The position numbers and the translations under genes are program-made. DNA of 64,000 nucleotides from Hemiscyllium ocellatum. Taxonomy: Eukaryota. Below are positions 49,912-63,520 of this stretch, piece after piece (the stretch's first letter is position 1; every line of letters starts with the position of its first letter). Below the pieces are notes generated by a model. It did no database searches and was not told the origin of the DNA. It saw only the letters and a list, made by a program, of their open reading frames with translations. The stretch is from the NCBI RefSeq assembly GCF_020745735.1, contig NC_083412.1:59548320-59612319 (forward strand), read 5' to 3'.

Positions 49912-51572
49912 TTCAATTTTCCTGGGTCTTTCCCCTCCCCCCAAAGCATCGGATTGTGTCATTGGCTTTCAAAATGTTCAATGTACTCAATTCAAAGTGG
50001 ATTGGAGTTTGGTTTTTTTTGGGATTTAATCTAAACCGATTGGCCTAATTCAAATCTGTTTTGTCATTTCCAGGCAACCAGCTAATCAAGTTGTTCCATC
50101 AAATGTTACATTTTTTTTTTCAGAACACTTGGTTCTGTCAGGTAGTTCTGTTACTTTTAACTCTCTTACAGGTACAGTACGCCCATATCTTCATAACAAA
50201 AGTCAGAATGGGGAATATATGTAGAGGATCACCAAGGGTACACCTCATGCTGCGTTAGCTGTTAAATGACCAAATGGGATGAATTCTCAGCAGCCGAATT
50301 GGCACCTACAGCTTATGTAGTTAGTCACCCGGATAAGTTCTCAACACCAGCAGATATATCTTTTGCCAATATGTATGTAGTTTAAGTAACTTCCTGACAT
50401 TGTGGGAAGTGAGAGAGTTTTGTCTCAGCTGATTCTATTGTCTATGTTCTTGTTGAAGTATAGTTTTCAAATTGCCCAACATGGATGCTGTTACCATTAG
50501 TCAGGCTAAAGTAGAAGATCTCAAACAGGCTCAGTGTCATGATGATAATTTAGAACAGTTACAGGATGGAACATATCCTGCTTTCTATCACAGATGGAAA
50601 GCTAAGTTACAACTCCAGGATGGACTTGTTCTAAATAATGGATGGTATGTGGTGCCAACTGAAGATAGTAATCAAATTGTCTATCAATTTCATGACATTC
50701 AAGGTCATCAGGGAGTACAAACAACTGCTAATTAAATTACAGGGCTATGTTGGTGGCCTAATTTGCATACGGTTGTGAAGTTTTACGTGGCCAATTGTTT
50801 AATATGTTATCAGAATATTCCTGATAGGTACGTGAGTGAGAAGGAATTGAAGCAGGCAAGACTGGTTGAAAGCCCAAGGACTAATGTACAGATAGATTAT
50901 ATCAATCCTTTACCACCATGTCAGGGAGGATTCTGATATTTCCTCGTGGTAAATGATGCTTTCAGGAAGTGGATTGAGGCATTCCTTACCAAAGCAACAC
51001 AGCTAAAGTGACAGCAAATGTCCTAGTGCAACAAGTGTTTTCTAGGTGTTGTCAGCTGAAACAAAACTCTCTCACTTCCCACAATGGCAGGAAGTTAGTT
51101 AAACTACATACATATTGGCAGAAGATATATCTGCTGGTGTTGAGAACTTATCTGGGTGACTAACTACATAAGCTGTAGGTGCCAATTCGGCTGCTGGGAA
51201 TTCATCCCATTTGGTCATTTAACAGCTAACGCAGCGTGAGGTGTACCCTTGGTGATCCTCTATATATATTCCCCATTCTGACTTTCGTTGTGAAGATATG
51301 GGTGTACTGTACCTGTAAAAGAGTTAAAAATAACAGAACTACCTGACAGAACCAAGTGTTCTGAAAAAAAAAAGTAACATTTGGTGGAACAATTTGATTT
51401 AGGTGGTTGCCTGGAAATGACAAAACAGATTTGAATTAGGCCAATCAGTTTAGATTACATCCTGAAACAATACCAAACTCCAATCCACTTTGAATTGAGT
51501 ATATTGAAAATTTTGAAAGCCAATGACACAATCCAATGCTTTGGGGGGACGGGAAAGACCAGGAAAATTGAA
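49912..51572. repeat. About 520-bp inverted duplication (49912-50432 vs 51052-51572) with a 620-bp spacer
   Basis: Reverse-complement match along both arms; near-identical ORFs 50061-50258 (+) and 51226-51423 (-). Confidence 0.95.
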
Positions 51573-52379
51573 TCAAGGCACTCATTTTACTGTTCAAGTA
51601 ATGCAAGATGTTATGCTCTTATTTGGGATCAATCATATATTCTGTATTGCCTGACTTACTCAATTAAGTATAATAGCAGAAAGGATGAATTGTACTTTGA
51701 AAAACATGAATTGGAAGACCGTACAGCAAAACAATTTTACATGGAACATAGAACTACAATTTGTTCCAACGACAATGTGAAAGACAATTTCTAGTTCAAC
51801 TGGATTTACTCACATGTTTTGATGATAGAACATTCCATGAGGGGAATTGAATCTCTGTTGGGGGTTAAATTTTCTGAACCTGACATTGTTGCTCTTAGTC
51901 ATGAGAGAACTGTACAACAATTGCTTGGCAAGGTTCAAACAGCTCAGGTGTCAGCAGTTATTAAAATAGTACACAAAAGGAAACAGAGCAAGGCTTACAT
52001 TGATGGTAAAGTGAATTCGACAGAGTATAAGGTGGGACAACAGAAGATGCTTCAAGTTCATCAACCAGGTTTTTTTTGTCATTTGGATAGCATGGACCCT
52101 ATTCTATTGTAGATAAAGTAGGTCCTTAGTGTATAAAGTGTTACAGGATTCTGGAAAAAACTAGATGGTTTCATATAGACCAAGTGAAGGCATATGGTGT
52201 TCCATGTAATAATCGGTTTCATGTTCTGTTAGAAGCTTGTGATCTCTATGCATATACTTCTAATTCTTACATGTGTTCTTATTTATCTGGTTGTTTGAAA
52301 TTGACTTTATAGGGAGATAGTCAGATAGATAGTAAGTCAGAAGATTCCACAGATTGCCAGTCAGATAGATCATCTGATT

Positions 52380-53460
52380 CTTTACCTTCTGTCAGTCAGC
52401 CAATTCTTTAACCATGTCAATACCTTACTGCTAACACCATGGGCTCTTAGCTTATTTGCCAGCTTCCTGTGCAGCACATTGTCCAAGGCCTTCTGGAAAT
52501 CCAAATAGATTGCATCCACTGGCTCTCCTTTATCCAACTTCCTTGTTACCTCTTCAAGGGATTCTAACAAATTTGTCAGGCACGACCTCTTCTTGATGAA
52601 ATTATGCTGACTCAGTCCTATTTTCCCATGTTTCCAAGTAATCAGCAAGCTCATCTTTAATAATGTAGTCTAAAGTCTTACCAATGACGGAGATCAGCCT
52701 AAAGTGTCCCATCTTCTGTCTCCGTCCCTTCTTAAACAGGGATGTAACATGTCATAAAGCTGGTCCTTTTTTTCTAAAATCTGTTCCTTTTCTCAAGGAT
52801 ACTGTGTCCTTGGCTTTTTTCAGAGGGTTCATAAACAGGCCAGGCTCTGAGATGGCTGGGTTTGGTACAGAGATGAAAGGCCTTTTTGCTTATACATAAA
52901 CAGATGAGTCTTTAGGCCAAAGCTTTTATGTTTTTAGACATGGCCTGTATAAATCAAGAGGTGAGACCAACTCTCGATCTGAGCAGTTCAGTCCAGAACT
53001 AGTTAAGGAGTTCAGCTGTGGACTGTGTGAAGAAGTGCTGCTGGACTCTTTCTCCCTCTGTCATTCTAACTGTGATCTGTAAAGCTTTGTTTCACTTTTA
53101 CTATGTTTAAGGGGTTTGCTTATTGGGACTGTTGTGTATATTCGGAACAGTATAATTAAGTCTAGTTTGGATAGACTGAGTTCTGTAGGGGTTCTTTATT
53201 CTATCCTTTGTGCTTCATTATATAATTTGGTGAATAAATTTTTATCTGTTTTGAAACTGTAGTCAACCTAGCTAAATTACTCTGGGTAATTTTCACTGTA
53301 CACTTACCAAAACAAATTGCAAAGCTATGGTCTGGGCTGCCTGCTTAAGAATGTTTTGAGTGGTCTAGCCTAGTCCATAACAAACATTAGCCATTTACCA
53401 GTCCTCTGGGACCTTCCCTGATAACTATTGCTTTCAGAGTTCAGTGTACTGAAGTTGAAG
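52380..53460 (-). mobile_element. CR1 LINE fragment interrupted by a solo LTR
   Basis: Minus ORF SCLTNLLESLEEVT..DAIYLDFQKALDNVLH; the CR1 text continues after 53382. Confidence 0.8.
52750..53382 (+). mobile_element. Solo LTR with 4-bp TSD
   Basis: TGTCATAAAG...GTCCATAACA termini; AACA at 52746-52749 and 53383-53386; AATAAA at 53234-53239. Confidence 0.9.
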
Positions 53461-54479
53461 TGGTGGTCAGGTGCCTACAGCAGAAATGCTTACAAGCACA
53501 CTTTTAGATAAGTTAGCAAAACAAAGGATTTTTCTCAGGAGAAGCCTTTAAGGCCACATTTGAAAAACACATGCCCTGAAATCACCTTCAGAAAGATCAA
53601 AGAATTATGAGATGGAATCTACATGGAAAATAAAGTTGGTGACTTCACTCGAATTAGGATATGGTTTGATTCAACCCAAACTTAAAGATGCTGCCTGACC
53701 TGCTGAGCTTTTCCGGCAACTTCTTTTTTGTTTCTGAAAGAGTTAAAGTTCCTGTTAAATGTGAATGAAGTAATGTAAATGAAGTGAGTTAAAGTTAAGT
53801 TTAAGTTAGAAGTAAATGTTGCAGTAAATGTATGTTTTATATTGAATTTTGGTACTTTAAAAATTAAACAGAGTTTGTTTAATTAAATTCTGAATTGGTT
53901 CCCTGCCTTTTATCTGCCAAACAAGGGAAGAACACCAGGGTAAAAGGTTTGAGTACTCCTTTTCGGGCAACAAATCTGGCAACTGCCATGCTCCAAGTTC
54001 AATTTCATGTTCCAAACAGAAGCTGACTCTGTTTTCTTCTTCCACCAGCATCCTCTCAGGAATATAACTCTGTGTTCATTTAATAGTTCCTACAACCCCA
54101 TGGAATCCTTCAGTTCTGAAAAAAAAATGGCCTTTTCAATCAATGAATATTGTTGAATTGTCTAAATTAAGTTAGCAAAGTTGGCATTGCTGACAACTTT
54201 TCGAGGAGTGGACAGCAAAATGGCTGTCTTGTCAAGATTGCCAGAGGTTCATGTCTAAATGATACTCAGTGTCAGCCTCAGCACAAATATCTGAGAAGAA
54301 CCTAACACAATGCTTCGCTAACATTTACATCCAATTCCAGACACCTTCAGACAAGTCTGTAAATCCAATGGTTTGACCGAGATCCTGAGGATAGAAATGT
54401 GAAAAGTGACTTCTCACAATTCTGGGCAAAATCTTTCAGGATCTATATGTTTTAGTTAGCACTTTCTACCTTCCCAACA

Positions 54480-55400
54480 GGCTTAACTTAGCAATAGAAC
54501 ATAAAGCCATAGAAAGCTTACAGGACAGAAAGAGGTCATTTAGTCCACCATGTCTATGCTAGCTGAATAAACTAACTGCTCATTCTAATCCCACTTTCCA
54601 GCACTTGGAAAGTCTTCATCTTATAAAGTTTCATGTTCAAATCTAGGTTCCTTTTAGTTGGTTGATGGTTTCTTCCTCAACCCCCAAAATGGACAGCAAA
54701 TCACAGATACCCACTACTTTCTGGGTGAAAACATTTTTCCTCATATTCATTCTAACCTTTGTAGTAATCACCATATATCTGTGCTCCATGGTAATTGGCC
54801 TCTCCACTGAGGAATCCCTGCCCAATCTTTCTAAACGCCTCAGCCTCCCTTGTTCTATGAGAATCTTATCCAGCTTCCCTCATAGGATTCACTCCAAGGT
54901 CTCTCTCTTCCTCTGCCCCTTTCAACACCTTCCCAATTATTGTGTATTTCCCTTGCTTTGTTTGCCCTCCACAAATGCAAAGCCTTGTGCTTCTCTGGAT
55001 TGAATTCCATTTATCCCTTTTCTAACTACACAATCAAACCATAGATATCATTCTGCGGTCAACAGCCACTCTCTTCATTATCAAATACATGGCCAATTTT
55101 ATATATCAGCAGCAAATTTCCCAATCATGCTTCCCACATTTAAGTCTACATCAATAATACATATCGTAAACAGCAGGGTATCGAACACAGCCTAGTGGAA
55201 CACCATTGGAAACCACTTTCCATTAACAAAAATATCCTCAACCATTACACTTTGTTTCCTGTCAGTGAGCGAACTTTGGATCCAGACTGCCCCATTTCCA
55301 TCCGTCTCTCTGGCCTTAACTTCCCTGACCGGCCTGCCCTGTGAAATCTTGCCAAATGCATTTATAACATCTGCCTCCACGATTGTCCTCAGAACTGTTC
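54480..55400 (-). mobile_element. CR1 LINE 3' fragment, decayed
   Basis: Minus ORFs RMNMRKNVFTQKVVGICD and AVWIQSSLTDRKQSVMVE. Confidence 0.75.
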
Positions 55401-56283
55401 CCTCACCAGTACCTGACCTCCGATTTTCTGTTTCTGTGTCTGACATAAGTGCTAATTTTCAGTCATACTAGTTATAGACTCCAAAATAAAGTACAAGCAT
55501 TGATCTCTGATAATTTCTGTTGAATAGAGTTGTTGCAGCAGTAATGAATGTAGTGATCATTACAATGTTAAACTATCTTTTACTGGGATCATTTTAACTT
55601 TTAGTGATGCTTAAAAACAGGCAATATTGGATCAACAGCTTGTTACACACCCAATTTCTCATTTCATGTAACCCAAGTGAAAGGGAACCTATATGAGATG
55701 ACATTCTGACACTATCTGTTCTATACCATTACTGAAAATTTCAACTACTTTTATTGCCTTTAGCAAATCCTAAATCACATTTCAAAATCCTGCTGCTCTG
55801 GTAATTGAACCCTTCGGGGGTTAGGTTCAGCTTAGTAATAGCTTTTAATTTCTTATTGTCAGTCCATAAAATGTAGATACCATTGGCTATGCTAGCATTT
55901 ATTGTCTTCCTTTAATTGTGTATCACCCCAAATTCCCCCTTAACAAAAAAATTGAAAATGTCACCCTCAGGTATTATCATTAATTACATCTCAAAGATTG
56001 TCTTGAGTTTTCAAATGTTAGTTAGGTTTCTGTCGAGGTTTAGGGGAATTTGTGATTTGCTTAAGGTATTTATTCAAATTATTTGCAGATCCCTGAAACC
56101 AGATTATTGTATAATAAATTAATGCACTGGAACTTGCTCAATGAATGAATGGAATTTTTAAAACTTGATGGAAAGTCATAAAGAAATCAACATTTTTATA
56201 ATATGGGTAGAACAATGTTTCTATGAGCTTTAAGAAGGAGAAAGCATTTAAAACTAATAAAATGCTGGACTAAATATAAAATA

Positions 56284-56342
56284 TTATTGGATTTTTCTAC
56301 ACGTAATTTTTGAAATTGCTTGATAGTGTTTTGCCCTTGGGG
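56284..56342 (-). CDS. Weak candidate terminal exon (A)PRAKHYQAISKITCRKIQ*
   Basis: Strong acceptor catttctctttttttcag; the phase-1 frame fits the donor at 58716. Confidence 0.2.
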
Positions 56343-56779
56343 CTGAAAAAAAGAGAAATGTTGATTCGTGTTTTTGGCCAGTACATGGCACTGTTGTACT
56401 CTGCAATTGCTGTTTTGTGGCCTGTTAGAGAAAGGTTTTAAAAGACAAAGCATATAACTATACCGTGTAAATGAGTACCAGATTCATTCCTATAAAGCTA
56501 GGAAAGTTAGAGCAAAATTCACAGATCCTGGTGCACACTCCAAAAAAATCGTTAAAATAAAATAACTAACCAACTGGCAGACTTTAAGATACATCGTATG
56601 ATTACACCACCTAATGCTGAATTTTCCTGATCACATTCATAATTAATCTAATTGATGACTTTGCATTATGCAGTAGTTTAGAATTAGAAGAATGATAAAG
56701 AACCCTTTATGTTTTTGTGCCCATATAGGCTAAAAGTAACATTCTGACACATTCATACATGGTTCTTAAAGTTGAAGAG

Positions 56780-57120
56780 CAGCACAATGGCTCAGTAGTT
56801 AGGACTGCTGCCTCACAGCATCAGGGATCTGGATTTAAATCCAGCCTTGGGTGACTGTCTGTGTGGAGTTTGCACATTCTCCCCGTGATTGTGTGGGTTT
56901 CCTCTGGGTGATCCAATTTCCTCCCACGATCTAAAGATGTGCAGGTAAGGTGGATTTGCCATGCTAGGTTGCCCACAGTGTACAGGCTAGGTGGATTAGC
57001 CATAGGAAATGCAGGGTTACAGGGGTAGGGTACTGGTGTGGATCTGGGAGGGATGCTGGCTGCAGGGTTAGTGTGGACTTGGTGGCTGAATGGCCAATTT
57101 CCACACTGTAGGGATTCTGT
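56780..57120 (+). mobile_element. HE1-like SINE variant
   Basis: gcacaatggctcagtagttaggactgctgcctcacagc head through cacactgtagggattct. Confidence 0.8.
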
Positions 57121-58715
57121 AATGCTTGAAATACAGTCAAATAATACTTCCTAAGAATTCTTGATTACCAACTGAATATTAAATCTGGTTGTAAATGGCA
57201 CTACCTCCCAGGCTGAGTTAACATCATTAACCAGGAGAAGTAATCTTAAAAGTTTTCAGAAAATTGCTCTCTTCAAAGAAAAATTGTCACATTTTTTCAT
57301 TGGTTGTTAGCATTATCTGACTGAATGCAAAGTGCCCTTATTCATCAGGCAGCATATATCCTACTCTACCAATTTTAGTGAAAAGCTTTGAGCTTTACTA
57401 GTACAATCGTAAACATATTTGGAAAAAAAAGGGTTTATGATTTCTGGAGCCAATAAAATGAAGAAATCCTCACGAAAGCATGTATGATGTCAGTAATATA
57501 ACAACCAGCTGATTTCTGACAACGTTATCTTTCCATGTTTGGCCTTTCTAAAGATGGAAAAAACTACTTTGCTGAACATGCAGTGGCTTTCCAATGAATG
57601 ATTATATAACAATAGCTGTGCAACAGAATTAAAGGTATACAGTCACCTAAATACAAGTTGTTGCATGTCGTACGATTTCTCACTTCTTTCAAAGATTGCG
57701 AGGATTTAAAAAATATTTTTCAATCTTTCCAAAGCTAGTTATGGAAACAAAGTGTGCAACCAAGTTATAAAACTCAGTGCCCAAGTTCCCTTTTTCAGGG
57801 CTTGAAAAGGACATTGGATGATTGTTTGGATAAAAGAATAATGCACAAGGATATGGAGATAGAGCAGGAGATGGCTCATTTAACAAGTTGGTATAAGTAC
57901 AAAAGGCCAAATGACCTCCTTCTGTGCATAACACTTCAGTGATTAGTGGAGTGAGCTGTTACATGAACTGACTGTTAGGGGAGAACCTTTGCCAAAGGAT
58001 AATAGTGTGGTATATTTGGAGTCAAAACTAAATATACAATTCCAAGTCCTTGCAGGTGCTAGACCTTAAAACAACTGACAAGATAATGTTACCCAATCAT
58101 ATCATTAACCTGCCAGGTAGTCCCTCAAGTATACATGGCAAAATTGTTCAATATCAATTTATTTTGCATTTGCTGTTGACCAATGTCAAATCTTTATACA
58201 GCCCAACAGCACTGTTTTAAAATGCTCAAAATCCATTCTGCACCTTATAAATCAAAGACCTGCCATATTCATCTTCAAAGGGTTTCTCATTTTAAGTGAT
58301 TATAGCATAACCTGGTGAAAAAGAACACAGTCATTAAATGCCACAAAGGATGGGCTATGGTGTAGCCTCAGCAAGATGTCACTTCCTCCAGGAGTACAGT
58401 TCTGAGCTAAAGGAAAGTGCAGAATTTACACCCCTTGACTTATATTGAGCAGGTCACTTTGGGCATGTCAGCGTGAATATTTGGCCTTAAATTCCCACTT
58501 ATTCTTGGTTCTGAGACAGACATCTGCACAAAGGTCATGCTAGTATTTCATACACAGATATATGTTACTTGATGAATGCTGTAGTAAATGTTGTAATTGT
58601 AATTGTGTCTTATTATACATCAAAGATTACTCTGCCTGGAAACCAGGCGTGTGGTTGGCTGGATTGGGATAAAATGGAAAAAGTAATGAAAACATTTTTC
58701 TCATTCTAATCTCAC

Positions 58716-58819
58716 CAATGGCAGCTTTTAAGTCTTTTAATATGGCCTGATCTGTATTTTTAAACCAAGACTTGATCAGAAGAACAGTGAGGCTTGCCAA
58801 TGTGGCCAAACTTGCTCTT
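58716..58819 (-). CDS. Weak candidate exon RASLATLASLTVLLIKSWFKNTDQAILKDLKAAI (TM-like then basic)
   Basis: Acceptor ctgtttctttgtgatgtccag, donor ATTG|gtgaga; only one frame is open. Confidence 0.3.
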
Positions 58820-59529
58820 CTGGACATCACAAAGAAACAGAGTCCCTCTGATGTCTAGTTATGTTTTATCATGTGGCTACATTCTATTGTGTGTGCATGG
58901 TTTTCTTTGTTCTGTGTAACTATGCTTTGTTGGCTATTGATGTGCTGTATTGCCTGTGGTTATGCTTTGTTTTATGGGCATTTTGCATTTTTGTGTCTTT
59001 TCTCTGCTGCTAAAATAGCATAGACTTTAAAATTGGCAATGAACACTTTAAAGAAAAAATTGTGTATCACATCCAAGTTTTCCCCCTCTAATTGAAACAA
59101 CGAAGACTTGTAAACCTGCAAACTTGAAAGATTATGGTCATTAGCCATTCAGTACTTGGTCTGGATAAACCACATAAAGTACATTCAGATCCTACTGTCA
59201 TCTACTTAAACTGCTCATTATTCCTCGTCATCCTGGAATGCAATAATTGCATCAACTGGTTTCTCTCCTGTGAATTATCTTTTTAAACCATTCTTCCAAA
59301 TCTGTTCCATCAGCTAAAAGAAATTAAAAGGAACGCATGGATTCCTTTATCACTGAGATCTACACCATCCCACCAGTGGCACCTTCTTCTGCCCTTCCTT
59401 CCTGCTCAGAAGGTCTCCCCTGCCCTAACACTGAAATTGTATCCTTCTTCACATTTTTTGCGATCTCTACATGACATCACAGAGATGATCCAGACCCTTG
59501 ACAGCTTCGTCTTTCCTATTGCCACTAAG

Positions 59530-61150
59530 CTATGAGACATAAAACATTGGAGTGAGAGCAAGGCCATTTGGCCCAGCAAGTCCAGTCCTCCATTTAATCA
59601 TGGCTGATAGGTGATTCAATTCCACTTACCTACACTCTCCTCATAGCCCTTAATTCCTTGCGAGATTAAGAATTTGTCAATCTCTGCCTTGAAGACGCCC
59701 AGTGTGCTGGCCTCCACTGCGCTCCATGGCAACGAATTCCACAGGCCCACCACTCTCTGGCTGAAGAAATGTCTCCTCATTTTCATTGTACATTGACCCC
59801 TTCTAATATTAAGGCTGTGCCCACGGGTCCTGGTCTCCCCGCCTAAGGAAACAACTTTCCAGCATCCACTCTTTCCAAGCCATGCATTATCTTGTAAGTT
59901 TCTATTAGACCTCCCCTCAACCTTCTAAACTGTAATGAATACAATCCCAGGATCCTCAGCCACATGTTAGGCCTAACATTCCAGGGATCATCTGTGTGAA
60001 TCTCCGCTTGACACACTCCAGTGCCACTATGTCCTTCCTGAGGTGTGAGGCCCAAAACTGGACACTGTATTCCAAATGGGACCTAACTAGAGGTTTATAA
60101 AATCTCAGAAGCACGTTGCTGCTTTCATATTCCAACTCTCTTGAGATAAGTGACAACATTGCATTTCTTTCTTAATCATGGACTCAACCTGCAAATCAAA
60201 CTTTAGAGAATCCTAGACTAGCGCTCCCAGATCCCTTTGTACTTTGGCTTTATGAATTTTCTCACTGCTTAGAAAATAGCCCACGTCTGTGTTCTTTCTT
60301 CCAAAGTGCAAGACCTCGCATTTGCTCATCAGCCATTTGAATTTCATCAGCCATTTTCTGGACCACTTTCCTGAACTGTCTAAATTTTTCTGCAACCTCC
60401 CCACCTCCTCCGAACTACCTGCCTGTCTGCCTAACTTTGTATCATCGGCGAACTTTGCCAGAATGCCCCCAGTCCCTTCATCCAGATGATTAATATATAA
60501 AGTGAACAGCTGTGGCCCCAACACTGAACCGTGCAGGACACCACTTGTCATCAGCTGCCATTGTTTTATCCCCACTCCCTGCCTTCTGTCAGATAGCCAA
60601 ACCTCAATCCATGCCAGTAGCTCACCTCGAAAACCGTGGGCCCTCACCTTACTCAGCAGCCTCCCATGAGACATCTTATCAAAAGCCTTTTGGAAGTCTA
60701 GATAGATAACATCCACTGAGTTTCCCTGGTCTAACCTACTTGCTACCTCTTCAAATAATTCTAACCGACTTTGTCAGGCACGACCTCCCCTTACAAATTC
60801 CATGCTGACTTCTTCTAATCTGGCACTGCACTTTCAAGAATTTAGAAATATTATCCTTAATGATGGATTCTAGAATTTTACCTACAACCGAGGTTAGGCT
60901 AATCAGCCTATAATTTTCCATCTTTTGTCTTGATCCTTTCATGAACAAAGGGGTTACAACAGCAATTTTCCGATCATCTGAGATTTACCATGACTCCAGT
61001 GATTTTGGAAGGTCACAGTCAGCACCTCCACTATTTCCTTACCTCTCAGGACTCTAGGATGTAGCTCATTGGGGCCAGGAGATTTATCAATTTTCAGACC
61101 TTTTAGCTCTTCTAGCACTTTCTGTTTTGTAATGGCTTTGATCCCTGGTT
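59530..61150 (-). mobile_element. CR1 LINE fragment (RT to 3' end)
   Basis: Minus ORFs YRLISLTSVVGKILE, DVIYLDFQKAFDK, GSVLGPQLFTLYINHLD, KFADDTK and LVRSHLEYSVQFW. Confidence 0.9.
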
Positions 61151-61169
61151 GTCTTGTTCTCTCTCTACA

Positions 61170-63520
61170 CATACTGTACCTCTCTTCTGTGAAACTGTTC
61201 AAATCATCCCTCTTCTTAAAAAAACAACCATTGACATTTGACAATCTTTTATATTCGGACCCTATACCAAACCTTTCTTTCCTTTCCAAAGCCCTTGAAG
61301 CCACCATCCAAAATCCATGTCAGTTCTCCCAGAACACCATATTTGAATCCCTCCTGTCGGAAAGTGGTTTTTATCAAAGTCACAACTGATACTTACTGTG
61401 ACCATGATGAAGGTGACAATTTCCATTCTCATCCTTCACAGTTTGTCTGCTGCTTTTAGCATGGTTGATAATAACACACTTCAGTGCTGCCTACTTTCTC
61501 CAGTTGGTCAGCCCTACTATTACCTGTCTATTCCTATCTTCTAATCATAGTGACAGTATCATTTTCAATAGTTACTTATCCCTCTCCCACATAATTAGGT
61601 CAGCCGTTCTCAAGAATCTATACTTAAACACATTTTTTTCTCAGTAACGTACTGTCCCAATGCAACATAATCTACAAACAATGCATCAGTTTTCATAGGT
61701 TCACTACTGACATCCAGCTAGCTCATCATTCTCTCAATTCCTTCATTGCTGCTAAATTATTGGATTGCTAATCTGGTATCCAATATTGGGTGAACATTTT
61801 TTTTTCTCAGTTAAACATCAGGAAGTGTTCTGATCCCAGACCACACTGTCACTTTTTTATTACAATCTGGTTAGGGACCAATAACAATTTCCTAAAGCAG
61901 GCAAAATGAGAGATTCAAAGGTCTCATTGAGAGAATAAAACGCAAGTTTCCATTCTTTTGAACAAATGGGAATAAACTCTATATTATGTTACAGTATTTC
62001 AAACAGATATTAATAAAATATTACGTTTTAACAATCTGTTTGAATTAACCTGAGATAAAAATGTGTAATAAATGCACCGTGGATGAATACATGACAAAAC
62101 ATACCAAATATCTAATGTTACCAAGACAGATCTCACAGATTTCTCAGAATTCTTCCAAAAGTCAATCGCACAGCAGCTCACTGAATCTCATTAAAACTAT
62201 AAGGGATTCCAATTATTCACTGTTCATGACCTTACTATAGAACTCCCTCAATATCACTCTGTCAGGGATTGTCTCAAAGGCTACCTACAGTCTAGTAATT
62301 CACTCTCACAGTTAGAACAGCCCAGTCTTGGCTTCTAGAAATAGTGCTCCAGCATTTATTGGGGAACAATTCCTTCAACCTTACTTCCGCTGCACTATTA
62401 AGGCAACACAGCTGATTGTAAGTTCCCACAGCTCCCAAGTTTTCCTTGAGCCTTAACCTCAACACTGAGTTGATTTCCTGGCTGTCCGTACTCCAGAGTT
62501 CTAATGGGTCAAAGGCTGTAGCAGGAGGTTTATGAGGTGGAGTCTTTATTTCCTGCTCCTAACTCTGGACTGACTGAGATAGGAACCTTCTCCTCTGACT
62601 GCCTATGTCCAACTGACTGTTCAATTATACTTGAATTGTTCTAAGTGACCTATTGAAAACATTGCAATTATTATTATTATTATTGCTTGAAAGTTTTTAA
62701 TGTAACTAGTAGTTTGGAACAGTCAAATGTAACAATGCCTTGCAATTGTTTGTTTTATGAATGTTATAACATTCATAGATTGCTAACTTGCAAAGGAAAA
62801 AGTAAAACTAAAACAGGATTCCATCACAGAAGACTGAAACCAATGACTTGTATCCCTTTTTAAATTTTTGTCCCCGACTATCAACGCCACTGTTCTCCAC
62901 GGAAACTATTTCAGGTGGAAATTGGCTGTTCACAACCTTGGTGTTATATGTGATCCTGCGATGCATATCCAATCACACATCTGTTCCATCAGCATGTCTG
63001 GTTATAGTCATACACATAAAATACTTGACTTTAACCCTCCTCAGTTCACCTGCTTCCAAACTCTCATTCATGCATTTATTATCTTGAAACATTTCTGTAT
63101 CACTGTATTGATTATTGTAACACGTCGGCTTGTGTCCCAAATTTGTTTCTCCATAAACTCTGTTGTTCTTGTCTTTTCAACAATGCACTGATGCTCGCTC
63201 TCTGTCTCAAATTCCCCAAAAGCCACAATTTGATTCAAAAATTTCACCTGGTTTTCAAATGTTTCCATGGCCGCATCTTTCCTTACCTCTGTAGTCTTCC
63301 CCAGACTAACAAATCTCTCAGATATCTCCAATCATTTAATTCTGATCTCTTCAGCAGCCCTTATTTTAACAGCTCAACCATTCGTGACTGGGTCTTTGAG
63401 AGTCTAAGTTCTGAAATTTCCTTGTCAAACCCCATCAATTCTCCACAACCTTTTTCATGTGGCCACAAAAAACAGCAGAAGAAGACCATTTCTTTCTTAA
63501 ATTTACTTCAAAACATTGAC
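61170..63520 (+). mobile_element. L2-clade LINE remnants (about 61170-61830 and 62850-63520)
   Basis: PIPNLSFLSKALE and VHNLGVICDP..HICSI match L2 RT motifs YRPISNLSFLSK.LE and VRNLGV.FD. Confidence 0.65.

Larger units (their letters stand above)
47290..52380 (+). mobile_element. Decayed, rearranged LTR-retroelement interior (gag knuckle, RT thumb, tether/RNase H, second RNase H, integrase)
   Basis: CCNCDRLCHFAWDC at 47549-47590; PLPKD..FCRNHI..FATKAFPL near 48790; YERHLLAILWEVQHF near 49045; IFVHGS near 49440 and SAAELA near 50285; HDIQGHQG..WWPNL..CLIC near 50690; QIDYI..P; QGTHFT..ERMN.TLK near 51575; GPY/F-like tail near 52090. Confidence 0.8.

Noticed and set aside
52750-53382. 3' LTR of the 47.3-52.4 kb retroelement
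   Set aside because: It has its own AACA TSD inside a CR1, so it is an independent solo LTR.
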